A stretch of 49,967 bases of DNA, from the NCBI GenBank assembly GCA_002269645.1, contig NIVC01003199.1:1-49967 (forward strand), given 5' to 3'. How positions within the stretch are numbered: position 1 is the first letter of the stretch; every line of letters starts with the position of its first letter. This document shows, piece after piece, positions 1-11,054 of this stretch. The translations under genes and the position numbers were made by a program. This stretch comes from Macrostomum lignano. Taxonomy: Eukaryota. The notes beneath the pieces are model-generated. The model did no database searches. It was given only the letters and a program-made list of their open reading frames with translations, and had not been told where the DNA came from.

Positions 1-261
1 AGTGACCGAATCGGCTTAGTGCTACGCAGCTGTAGACCCGGATGATGCTGATGTCACAACCTTCGCAGATAGCTAGCAGGTGATGATCTTAACCTTGATG
101 TTCGCTGCTGACGACCGGGGGAATTCGTCCTTGATGATGATGGGGGGGAGTCGCGATCCGGGGATCAAGAGACGACGGTCGAGCTCCGGGAGGTCTAAGT
201 TAGGCCAAAGTCCTAGGAGGTTACCGGGGTTTGAGGTCCGAGCGGGCCAAAAACACCGGTT

Positions 262-410
262 TAAATAGCCGCCAACTGGACCGCAATTTGTTATAATGCA
301 ACACCTTGACGCTGATTGGCTGAGCCGATTTGTTATAACTGACGTCGAATTTTCTGATTGGCTGAGCTTGTTGCCACCCAAACTCACGTGACCAGAAGAT
401 CTTATCAGTT
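262..410 (-). promoter_or_regulatory. Pol II promoter-like cluster (E-box, two CCAAT boxes, TATA-like), possibly an LTR/transposon promoter facing left
   Basis: Minus strand reads GGTCACGTG, then GCTCAGCCAATCAG twice (about 41 bp apart, each near TATAACAAAT), then CTATTTAAACC. No downstream gene is visible inside the window. Confidence 0.35.
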
Positions 411-1469
411 CCCTCATGGCCATAAAAATACGACAGGTGCGGTCATAAATCACTCAAAATCGCTATATAATGATTTATGACCTTTCGCGTAGGAATGACA
501 AAAATTAATGAAAAAATATGCATTAGAAAGATCTTATTAAGTAGAAAGTGAAGAGAAATCGCTAATCGCTAATCCGAAAGTACTTTTAGGAGTAAAACGC
601 ATAGCTGTCAAAGCTGTCAAACGCCTGAGTGAACACGAACAATAGGCCCTTACCTCATAAATCTGATGGCCTGTCAAAAATGATGAGAAAAAAGCTACCG
701 CCCGCATCCTCTGGCGCCAGCCTCAGCATTGAGTGAGGCGCAGGTGGCTGTCAGACGTGCTCAAAAGCAATGATTCATGACCCCAAAAGCAGCAAAACAC
801 CGCGCCTATTTTATTATAACTACAAGTATGGCCGATTCATATGGCTACAAAAGTCCTACTAGTATGAAGTCTAGAAAAGTTACATAAAAAGAAGAAAAAT
901 GCTCATAGCCTGCTGTTAGTAGGCTAGCAAGTTTGGAACCCATGTGCGAGCGTGAAATTTGGAAAAAAGTGCGTCCTCATCAATAACTTGATAGTATCGA
1001 TTTATTCCCCCAGCCCAAAAGGTCCGTAACAAATTGGTGACTCAGCGGTGGAATTCCATTTATACTCCCCATAACCCTATAACAAATCGGTGACAGCTGT
1101 AAGATTAATAAATTCAATATTTCCCCAGAACTTTCCCCTATAACAGTAGAAGCATTCACTTTTAGAAGCTCACAAGTATATAAATCGCTAACTTGGCCAG
1201 TTTGGGTATCGCTCATTGCCGCTCACTTTATATGTATATCGTGATTACTCTTTGCAGGAGCCCAGAAACAATGCAAAAAAAACTGCGAGCATGTTATAAG
1301 ACGCTGCGTGAGGGGTAGAAATGGGAGCTGCCGTGTGTAAAAAACTGTGTCCTTGGACCGTTCGCAAGCTGAGCGACGTAAATAGCCTACCAGTGAAGTA
1401 TGCTTGCTTCGCTTGATTCGCTTGAGCCAGAGAAAGAGTTGCTCGCATAAAACTCAAGTGTCGGCTCTC

Positions 1470-1660
1470 TCGGCGAGAAAATCACGTCTTTTATTCATCA
1501 GAAAGCAAGAAAATCTTTTCCTCGTGAGATTTTCTTGCCGAGCAAATCTTTTCTTGTGAAAGCTCGAGATTTTCTTGGCGAGAAAATCTTGCAAGAAACT
1601 CGCAGTTTTTTATTCTTATAAACGCAAGAAATTCTTGGATTTCTTGCAAGAAAAAAATTT
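1470..1660. repeat. Cluster of short inverted repeats (CAAGAAAATC / GATTTTCTTG)
   Basis: GAGAAAATC, GCAAGAAAATC, GAGATTTTCTTG and TCTTGCAAGA motifs recur in both orientations just upstream of the large ORF. Confidence 0.6.
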
Positions 1661-1735
1661 CTTTTTTTTATTCATACGGCTCTATACGTGGCGCTTATTG
1701 AGTTCCTGTTGGATACTGAAATCGCCGGCTGTAGC

Positions 1736-4637
1736 ATGGCCGAGGGCTTGTTCGAAAGCTTTGACGAAATCGAGTGCCACTCCAAGTGGCTGCCCGAGCT
1801 CAATTGCGACAGCCAAGAAGTTGACAAAATCCTCGAGGAGCTCCATTGGCAAAGCGACAATTATCCTTGGCTGAAAGGTTTATGCTTGCTCGCCATCGCG
1901 CACCTGCACACTCTGCCAGGGTCATGTGACATCGAAAAGGCACGAGAGAAACTCGAATCGATTAAGCCGTGTGAAGCAGTTTCAGGTGATCTGCCACAGC
2001 CGGATGTTAAATTTCTAGTTAAAGCAATGGAATGGAGTCACAACCAAGTCTGCCATCCAAATACAAAGACCGGCTGGAGGAATTGTCAACCTGTGGAAAG
2101 ATAAGTCAGTTCAGGCCACTTGCTTTGTTGCCAAAGGCTGGACAATGCACTGGTTTGCTGTCGGCAATAATCGAGAGGATTCTTTCCAAATTTGTGCTTC
2201 GTCTTTGTTAAAAGCGAAATCAATTATTGAAGGCGTAACTGGTGAAACTGAGAAGCTTAAAGTGGTTGAATTTATCTGCCTGCACAGTTTGGCGTTCGCC
2301 TTCTTCCGGAGACGAGAAAATCACCATCGACTGTGCAATGATGAGTTTGTCTGCTGGGACAATGCGTACAAAATTTTGACAGACAAAGAGTGGCGGCATC
2401 CAATTTTCTTGCTGGAGTTCGCTAGGGCAGTCTCTTGTTCACCTGGTCACGTAGAGTTGTGCAAAAAACTGTTAGCGGAAGAGAAAAAAAATCGAGAACA
2501 ACAGGAGAAGTATTATCAAACGTACATAATTTTGCCGGATATATTTTCGTGGCTGAAGAAGACACGAAAAAATGATAGCTTTTTGATCGAACTTGAAGTA
2601 GATATCAGCAGTTTGCTTGAAGAAGGAAGAAAAATCGAAAAACTACAACAACATAAAAAATTTTTGCGTCGAATAGTTGAGTTTCTAATCAGCTGCTCAA
2701 GACGAGAAGACGCCAGAGAGCTGTTGCAGAACACAAAGGAGGAGTGGAACACAGAGCTCTATAGGCCATCCAGCAAATACTGGTTCGAAACAACGCTGAT
2801 CGCTTTAGAAATACCCAAAACAGCCAAGGGATGCCAGAAGCTACAGCCTAAAGAGATCGAATCCTTCCTATACCGACTAGAAAACCTGTGCACAAACGTT
2901 CCGTCAAAAGCAAGGCAAGTTCGACTGACAAAAGGCATTTTTTTAATAAAGTGCGGCTACATCGATGAAGGCATGAAGTGCTTAGCGTGGGCCATGAATG
3001 ACTACCTGCATCCAGCACAAAGCTTCAAGCAGTTTTGGCCAAAAGAAATTAAAGAAGCTAAAACTGTTTTAGAAGAAACAACGGACAAAAAAAAGTACCT
3101 GAATTGGGTTGAAAGTCAATTCGAAACTCATTCGGCATTTTATCACGTCGATGACTCGATACAAAAGTACCAGACTGAGCTGAATAGGCAGGATTTAACA
3201 GAAGATGAGACATTTTTCATTACCGAGCACCTCGGAAGGCTGCTGTTGAGGAAGTACAGGTTTGAAGAGGCGGAGCAAAAGTTCAGGTCTCTGCCTGAGG
3301 CTCTGGAGCACAAAAACGCAGTGATTGCTGACTCCCTCTTGTGCCAGGCGGAAAGTTTGTCCAGCGGTGATGACGTCACAGAAGTTTGCAAGACTAAGTT
3401 TAAAGCAGAGCCAGATAATGCAGTCCACACAACCAGCATCGGGATGCGGCTGTACCTGCTGAACGAGTGTGCAAAGCTGGGCTGCAGAGACGCCATTCAT
3501 GAGGCGCTGCTTCTGCTGGAGGACATCCGGAAGCAGAGTGGCAGAGGTCACTTGTTACAGCAAGCTCCAGACAGTGACAGCGGTCACTTGTTGCAGCAAG
3601 CTCCAAACCATTTGTTCCTGCACAGCAGTCGCGTCTACGTGTTTTGCTCCCGGCTGCTTCGGCTGAGAGAGCGGGGCTTCCAAATTGAGCGAAGAAAAAG
3701 CTTTTTGGACTCTGGCGGTGACCAGATGGGTGACATGCTGGACAAAGTAGAGCAAATCTTGGCCACTGAGTTGTATCCAAGAAGAATTCGACTGAAAATG
3801 ACACAGCTGAGCTTGAAGTATGAATCAGTAGAGGACATGCTTCAGAGTCCCGAGGCTGAGCGCAGCATTTGGCACACGCTGGAGGAGTCCCGAAAAGCAC
3901 TCGATAGCTTCTGGGCTCAATTCGTCTCTAAAGTGGAGAAGCAGAAAGGTTTCTCCCAGTCTAAAGCGATATATTATCCATATTATCCATTTGCCCGCCG
4001 TGATTTGAAAAGCAGCCCTGAAAGTTTTTTAGACCTTTTCAAAAAAAATTGGAGAGATCAAGCAAAACTGTTTACTTCACTTTTGGAAACCATGAAAAGC
4101 ACTATTGAATGCCTCGGCAAGGCTAAGGAGAAGGTACACGAACTTAATGAATGCTTGAAGAATCTGGAAAATATTGACAAAGTTAGGTTAAAAGAAGAAG
4201 TGTCAGGTGATCAGCTAAACGATTTCAAACAGCAGCTGGGGAAGCTCAAGAAATTTTTCGACCCTGCTACCACTGACGCAATTAATTCAAAGCAAGCAGA
4301 CTCAATTGACAAGCTTACAAAGTCCAGTAAGAAATTTTACGAAATGCTACAGAAACCATTCCCACTCGCGTTTCGAGCGAATGACGAAGTCTGTAAATGG
4401 ATGATCCGGAAGGAAAAAGACATTGATTCCAAACAAGGTTGTTGGCATGTACACTGGTGCAACGAAGTCAACTCCGATAAGCACATTTATCCGGTTGATG
4501 TTGCCAAATTCAACGAAAAAATCAAAGAAAGATTTACTGGTAATCAGAAGCAGAGTGGGCCAATAGATGTTCTGGCTTTGGCTCATTGCGCTGCGGAATT
4601 CGCTGAAGAGGCCAGGCTCGTTCTCGAAGAGTACACG
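1736..4637 (+). CDS. Large exon: alpha-helical/TPR-like protein region with C-terminal HEPN-like domain
   Basis: ORFs 1688-2104 and 2145-4652 overlap in two frames (second frame is open from 2019). TPR-like helices include FITEHLGRLLLRKYRFEEAEQKF and LTKGIFLIKCGYIDEGMKCLAWAM. C-terminal motifs are EESRKALD, YYPF, LQKPF and NSDKH. Confidence 0.7.
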
Positions 4638-6977
4638 GTAAGTTTTTCTTAATTCTATGTTTTAAGAATCAAAGTATCTGTTTTTTGATTAGACATTGTA
4701 AAATGGAGATCACCAAACAAAGATGATTCAAATGCTGTTTTTAAGCTCTTTTCGATAGTGTAGCAGGTGTAATTTTACTTATTTGTTCGATCTCGCAATT
4801 TCCACTAAATACCACCAAGTTGTAGCAGATTTATTTGTTCTGCCTAATTGAATCACTCCGTTTGTCAACAAGTTACCAACGTATGACTCTTTTCTAGGAA
4901 ATTTCCTGGTTCACTAGATTTCTTTGGTAAGACACTGGTCTAAATTGCTAAATTAAGTCCAAAATTACAGCGTTTCCGGGGACCAAGGGTGTCCAGCGGC
5001 GAGCCTTAATACCTAATATTTGTCTGTCTTCTAATGCCTAATAATTAACATCTAATCTTATGACCTTCTTAATACCCCTTGAGGCTGTACGGCTTTATCT
5101 CTACTGGGTCTGTTCGACCTCTATTGCCTGTGCGGCCTTTTTCCTACTTCTGGGTCTGTACGACCTTTATTGCCTGTACGGTCGTTTCCCTACTTCTGGG
5201 ATAAGAAATGAATAAGCAAAGATCATCTGTCAGCAGAAATTTCCTTTATCAAAAGAGGCAAGCTAGGAACAAACTGGAGCTTGCTCAAGTTAGCTAGTTT
5301 TATTTTCATGCCAGGCGAAGCCTTTTTATAGTAAACAAAGGGGTGTGGGGTGCATCGTAATTGGCGGGGACAACTTAAAACAAAATTAGATGAAAATTTT
5401 ATCAGAAATAGGATTTACAACAAATAATACCGTATTAAAACAAAAAATTTATTTTTGGTTGCTAAATTAGCAACCATTGCGATTTTTGGTCGCATGTAGC
5501 TACTTATAGTAATGAAATGGGGATTGGCAGACCCCACTTTAATAGCGAAAGGTAGACGTGTGAAATACTTTGCTAAGCTATGATATCAGCATAAATTTAA
5601 ATTCACCTAGAAGCTCGGCTGGAAATAAAAAATACGGATTCTATTCAACTTTTTCTATTCTCAAACACTGTTTTCAAGCTCTTATAGATTAATTTGAGAA
5701 CCGAAAGTAGTGGGTTAAAATTTGCATACATTTAATTTACCGACTGATTTATAAGACTCGGTTTACAATCAATCTACCCTTGTATCATAAAACTAAATTC
5801 GGTTTGCAGTACCCGGAGGTAACCATTCCAACGAAGCCAGACGCCATCGGTGAAAACTTCGAGTGGAGCCTTGTCTGCTACTCGTGTGCTCAGCCGAACG
5901 ACGTATTGCGCAGCAGATGGAGCCGCTTGCAGAATGAATGTGCCAACTGTGACAAGTGCATTCTGCTGGTCAGAGAGAAGGCCAGTACGGAACCAAGTGA
6001 CGTTTGGCAGCGGGTCCGACCCAGACCAAGGAAACTCGTCAAGCTGGACATGTGCAGGAGATACAGCGATATAGAATCCTGCAACGGTTGCAATCGTTCT
6101 GAATGCGACTTTGCCCATGGAGACGCGGAGCTGCGGCTGTGGGAGCTGGAGAGAATCGGCAAGTTCTCCTTCAACAAGCTGCTGAAGTCCAATCGATCAG
6201 CTGGGTCAGAACTGCCGCTGATTCTCTGCGAGCGGCCTGCGGTCGAAGGAGGCTCGGAGACCCGAATTTTCTACACGGGTCCGGAGCCGCTTCCCGCCAG
6301 ACTCCCTGTGAAACAACAAAGATTCTACTATCCGCTCTGCGAATCGCTTTTTGATGGAACTGAGTGTCAACATTATAATCGAGGCAAATGCTTCAGTGCA
6401 CACTGTGCTGAGGAGGAGCAGCTGTGGAACATCATGCAACAGAAAAGAGGTAAAACCAAGAAGCTTCATCTACATGTAAATGTACGAGTATATGGGATGA
6501 AGTTCAAGTGTGTTAAGTATAATATTACAATGACAAAGTTAACGCTCGTATTGCAATTCATTAACCTGTTTAGATAGTTGGCCCGAACATCTGGCTTCAA
6601 GAATAGATAAAATCGAGCCCGAACTCATTGGCTGGAGCCTCGAATCGAGCTGCGACTACAAGCTGACCTGCTACAGGTGCTCCGAATCACTGGATCCTCT
6701 GAGAAGCAGATTCAAGCTGAAGGAAACACAGAACTGTGAGCGGTGCGACCAGAGCATCCTGCTGGTCAGATCGAAGAACAATCAAATCAACAAGTGGCAA
6801 CGCATCCGAGACAGACAAGGACATCTGGTCATATGTGATCTCTACCAATCAAACAAATGCAGGCGCTCCGAATGTGACTTCGCTCATGGCGATGTGGAAC
6901 TGAAGCTGTGGAAGCTGGAGAGAATCGGCAAGTTCTCTTTCAACAAGCTGCTGAAGTCCAATCGATCAGCTATGTAA
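1736..6977 (+). CDS. Putative spliced gene: helical/TPR-like region + HEPN-like domain + tandem ZC3H7/RoXaN-type CCCH zinc-finger modules (exons 1736-4637, 5810-6449, 6574-6977; one frameshift at ~2019-2104)
   Basis: Donor ACG|GTAAGT at 4638 (phase 0) matches acceptor TTTGCAG|TAC at 5810 (phase 0). Donor AGAG|GTAAAA at 6450 (phase 1) matches TTTAG|AT at 6574 with an open frame. The start (ATG 1736) is uncertain. Confidence 0.6.
5085..5200 (+). repeat. 46-bp tandem repeat, ~2.5 copies (intronic)
   Basis: TGGGTCTGT at 5105 and 5151; TGCCTG at 5125 and 5171. Confidence 0.75.
5810..6449 (+). CDS. Exon encoding a ZC3H7/RoXaN/HELZ2-N-type zinc-binding module plus a second degenerate CCCH finger
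   Basis: LVCYSC...CANCDKCILLV...WQRVRPRP...DMC...C...CDFAHGDAELRLWELER, then LCESLFDGTECQHYNRGKCFSAHCAEEEQLW. Canonical AG/GT boundaries. Confidence 0.8.
6574..6977 (+). CDS. Exon encoding a second copy of the ZC3H7-type CCCH module
   Basis: Hand translation: (D)SWPEHLASRIDKIEPELIGWSLESSCDYKLTCYRCSESLDPLRSRFKLKETQNCERCDQSILLVRSKNNQINKWQRIRDRQGHLVICDLYQSNKCRRSECDFAHGDVELKLWKLERIGKFSFNKLLKSNRSAM*. Missed by the ORF track. A possible donor AT|GTAAG at 6974 overlaps the stop. Confidence 0.8.
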
Positions 6978-9256
6978 GAAGTGTATTCTTAGTTACCAGA
7001 GATATACTGTGTGGCGACTAAATCATGTTACCCTTCCCATTCTAATCGAGAAACACATTTTTGTGGCCTCATTACCCACATGTACAACACAGTATTGCCT
7101 CTTATACCAGTGGCTCGTATCCAACACGCCCAATTAAATTTAGAGAAGTGGCCTCAGGAGCTGCGAGCACTGATCGACCAAATCCAGCAGTCTCAGCCAC
7201 TGCAGCAGCAGTAGCAGCAAGGAAGTCGTCAAGCTGAAGTTTGGGATCCTCTTACCCACCATAACAGCAAGGAAGTCGGCCGCCAGCAACAGCAGGTCAG
7301 CAGGACAAATTCGCCAGCAGAGCTCCAAGAGAAAACAGATGTGCAAACCTGCTCGAAGTTGATGGCGTTTAACTTTTCATAGTGGTCGACAAGCAAAACA
7401 TTTCTCTTACAATTTTCTGATTATAGTTAATAACTTAACCCACATTATATAGCCGTCATTTTGATAGAAGCATCGTTTACTAGGATTCTATTAGAAGTAA
7501 GTGATATTGTTTTGCAGCTCTGCTATTATTACTCATGCTCATGACAGCGACTTTTTCTTCAAGTTTCGGTTGATAAATAGTTGCAGTTTTTCCGGGATCG
7601 GAACTTCGTCTCTGTAAGGGTTTTGATGATGCTGATTAAGATTTTTATGTAGCTTCAATCCAAGTCTATGTAGCCTAAAGCCAACCCCGGGGCATGATAA
7701 ATGAGGGGTTTTAGGGTGGCTAGATTCTTAGTGGGAATTAATTTTATATATCAATTTAAACTTGAAGAGAGGCATAGAGACCTATTCTAGTTTAGGTAGA
7801 TTCATTCTTGGCTTAATTTTTTTAGTTACTAGTGTTAAGATAGTGGCGTTGCTTTAGGTGTAATTGCCAATAGCTGATATGTTCTATTTCAATAGGTGAA
7901 TTCGTATTCCTCTTTTACATGTATAATGCTTCTTAACTTCGTGCAGTACACAGCTTTGTCTATACCGGTATGTTTGCATTCTCCGTAGTTAATCTTTTAT
8001 TCTTTCTGAGACAACTTATATATTTATATATATAGTTTTAGCACTAGAAAACTTGAGCTCTGAACTCACAAGCCGATATTTATAATACGAGCTGCTTTGA
8101 GCTGCCCTCTAGCCTCAAAAACACTTAAGGCTGTTTGATGCGCTATAGTTTTTTGGGCTAAAATGTACTTTTCAGTATAATCAGTTATTATATATCTATA
8201 TATGATCGAGAAACACGATGAAAATTTCATCAGCTCTGGGTCTTGAAACAAAGTCTATACTGCACAACACAAAAAGCACTATGGGTTTAAAATAATGATG
8301 CACACTAATTACAAAATAAAGGGTCATCACGTTCAAATAAAGGATTGGCCAAAAAAGTAAATACAGCGAATGTACACTGTCATACGGCGACATTCATTTC
8401 GTGATTATCTGTTGCACATTTTAATTTTAAATACGTCTACACAATTTTGGTGATGGATAACGCGAATATTCCTTTGAAGTTTTGCCTTCCTGCGCAAAAA
8501 AATTGTCTAAGGTTTTATCGCATTGTGTTTTTGTGTTTGCTTTCTGTATGTTTCTGCGTTATTTGCGATGAGGTTTTTGCATCCCCTGTTCGAATGTTTT
8601 TTTTCCAATTTTTCAGCGCTTATCTCCTTTGCTTACTTACTCGCACGTACACTACGTTTTTAATCGCCCTTTTGTTAATCTAGATTGACTATTTATCCTA
8701 TCCTGTACTCCGTTTACTTGACATGTACCTAATTATTTGATCCAATTTTCACTTTGTTATTTCGCCATGAGTATACTTTATCATAGCGATTACGAACTAC
8801 CGTGTATACCCATGATCGCCTAATGCACCTGCCGCCTTCGCTTCACGTACGCCCACCTTTTTCACCTTATCCGTTCTGATTTGTTATAATCGTAAATTTT
8901 AAGTCTTACCACTCTTACCAACTTCCGTTAAAGCCTGTGTCGACCCCACTTTCTATTCAATTGAGAATCGAGATAAACCCAGCACAAGCCGAGACTTCGT
9001 TTTATTTAATTTGCTTTTTCTAAATATAGCTAGCTCACTACTTTCAGTTCTCGGCACAAACTAACTGCGTCACAGATGCCCAAGACTTTTCTTTCTTTTT
9101 AACGTAAGACAAACTTTGAGACAAAATCGATGCATTATCATCAATGGCAGTTCAGCAAGCATAAATTTGAGTCATATATCCGCATAACAACTGCAGAGGC
9201 TTTTATGTCAATAAAATGAGGGTTGTGTTGTGTCATAAGCTTGCTGACAACTGCAG

Positions 9257-9404
9257 GGATCGATTTCATAAAAAAGCTACAAGTGACAAGTCGACAAATG
9301 ACAAGTGACAAGTGTCAACGATTGGGGTTTCATAAACATCACGCGTTACAGTGTTAAAAATAACTCATTTTTGTGTATGGTTTAACCACCGTTTGAAATC
9401 GATC
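9257..9404. mobile_element. Possible small MITE (12-bp inverted ends)
   Basis: GGATCGATTTCA at 9257 and TGAAATCGATCC ending at 9404; internal GACAAGT repeats. No clear TSD. Confidence 0.35.
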
Positions 9405-9786
9405 CAGCCTTTAAACTGGAGTCTGAAGGACGGACTGAAGACCTGGACGAAGGTGGTGCCGTTCGACCAATTTCTACAGAAGTTGTTGCCGACTATATCT
9501 GATAAGAACGAGCCGATCAAGCGGAAACCCCACGGCGTCGCCTGATGTGCTAATGTGGGGCCTGTGCGACGATGTGACGCGCGGCACAGTGATTTTAATG
9601 CCGCAGATCATGAGACAAATCAGGCAGTTGATCCCAAGTTTGGAGGCCAGAGCAGGAGATCGTATAACCTTCGTCCACGTGGCCATGATAAACTATCGTA
9701 TCATATCTAGGTCTGTGCGTTTGATAGTTAAATACAAAATATCAGAGCTGGCTGACTGAGAACTTTATTGTTCGTGTTATCTAAGA

Positions 9787-10088
9787 AATAATAATAATTG
9801 ATTACACCCGCCCCAATGGGCAGATGTGCAACCGACAGCTCAGCCGCAGCTATTGCGCGGCGCATCTGAAGGCTGCGTACGGCTGTTCAGTCCAAGGACT
9901 GGGGGGTCGCCACACACACCCTCAATTACCCCAGCTAATGCTGGCACCCATTTTACAGCTGGGTGAACTGAAGCAATACAGAGTTAAGTGTCTTGCTCAA
10001 AGACACAAATTGTTCCGAGAAGGATCGGGAATCGAACCACCGACTTTCAAGTCGTAAGTCCGACGCTCAACCGCTAGGCTACAACCCC
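9787..10088 (-). mobile_element. tRNA-derived SINE, near full length, with conserved CORE/Deu-like central domain
   Basis: Minus strand head GGGGTTGTAGCCTAGCGG (A box)...GGTTCGATTCCC (B box); central GAGCAAGACACTTAACTC...TTCACCCAGCTGTAAAATGGGT; 3' (ATT)n tail. A second copy lies at 19255-19445. Confidence 0.85.
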
Positions 10089-11054
10089 TACTAATGCTAG
10101 TGTTATCTAGCACTTGTCAAGTCTTGCTCTCGGCTCTTACAACTACTAATAGTAATAGTAAAATAGCTAAAAAAGTAAAACCCCAGACTCAAGAGTCAAT
10201 ATTAGACTCCGTTTTCGTTTTTTTGCGGCTGCGCAAATAGCGTTGCGACACAGGTAGGCAGACGGGCAGGCATATCGAGATGGGGGATTGGGCTGGTGCT
10301 TTGTCAAGCGTTAACGGCATTATCGATATATTTTGTAATTTATAATTAATATGCATACATAAAAATCTTGCGGATAGTGTAGTAGACATGAAATAGTTAT
10401 GATAGTAATAACAACAGTAGCATAAAATTATGCCAATCATAATCGGCTAAGCAACACTTATTAAGCCTGTCAGTTATTAATGCTTATATAAAGGCTAAAG
10501 CTAGGGGAGAGCTTAAAGGATATTGCATAGTTATGGGCTAAATAACTTGTAATAACTGCCATAAACTGGCTCGACTTTCGGACCTCCCGAAAAAAACAGT
10601 TCTTAAATGTTGAGAGAAAAACGCAGACTGTAAACCAGCGACTAGAAAAATAAAAGCAAAAAGATTTCAACTGTTTTTGTGCTGTAATTAAACTTAAAAA
10701 ATTAAATACGAAAATTCAAGTACAGACTGTGCAACGCTTACTACTTACTTATTATTATAGCGGAGGTAATTACGAATATTATTGCACTACAAATATAGAT
10801 TAGTATAAAAGGGCTGGGCAGCTGGTAAAAAGGTTGCTTAACAAACCAAAATGTTATCATGGAGAAGCGATGTATTAATAAATTGCACTTTATAACCGGG
10901 GTCGAGAAGCCAAAAGCCAATGAATAAATTTCTAAATTTACGAGTTGTATACCACTGGACAACAGCTGCTTAATAATGCACGAAAAATGGGTTTATTAAT
11001 AAATTGAACAAGTACAGGTTGTTTACTTTAATTGCGCCAGGCTAGTTAAATAAA

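Noticed and set aside
980-1457. Two short minus-strand ORFs (78 and 70 aa)
   Set aside because: No recognisable motif and no splice-consistent link to another exon.
7500-9060. AT-rich stretch with coding-like fragments on the minus strand (e.g. PLFKFKL, NPYRDEVPIPEKLQLF)
   Set aside because: Many stops; possibly a very old LINE remnant but not assignable without a database search.
9400-9720. GC-richer patch ending in RSYNLRPR, reminiscent of LTR-retrotransposon pol C-termini
   Set aside because: A single short motif with stops in all frames; insufficient support.
10018-10088. tRNA-like sequence (Val-TAC-like) on the minus strand
   Set aside because: The anticodon stem is mispaired and the sequence continues into a SINE body with a second genomic copy; it is a SINE head, not a tRNA gene.
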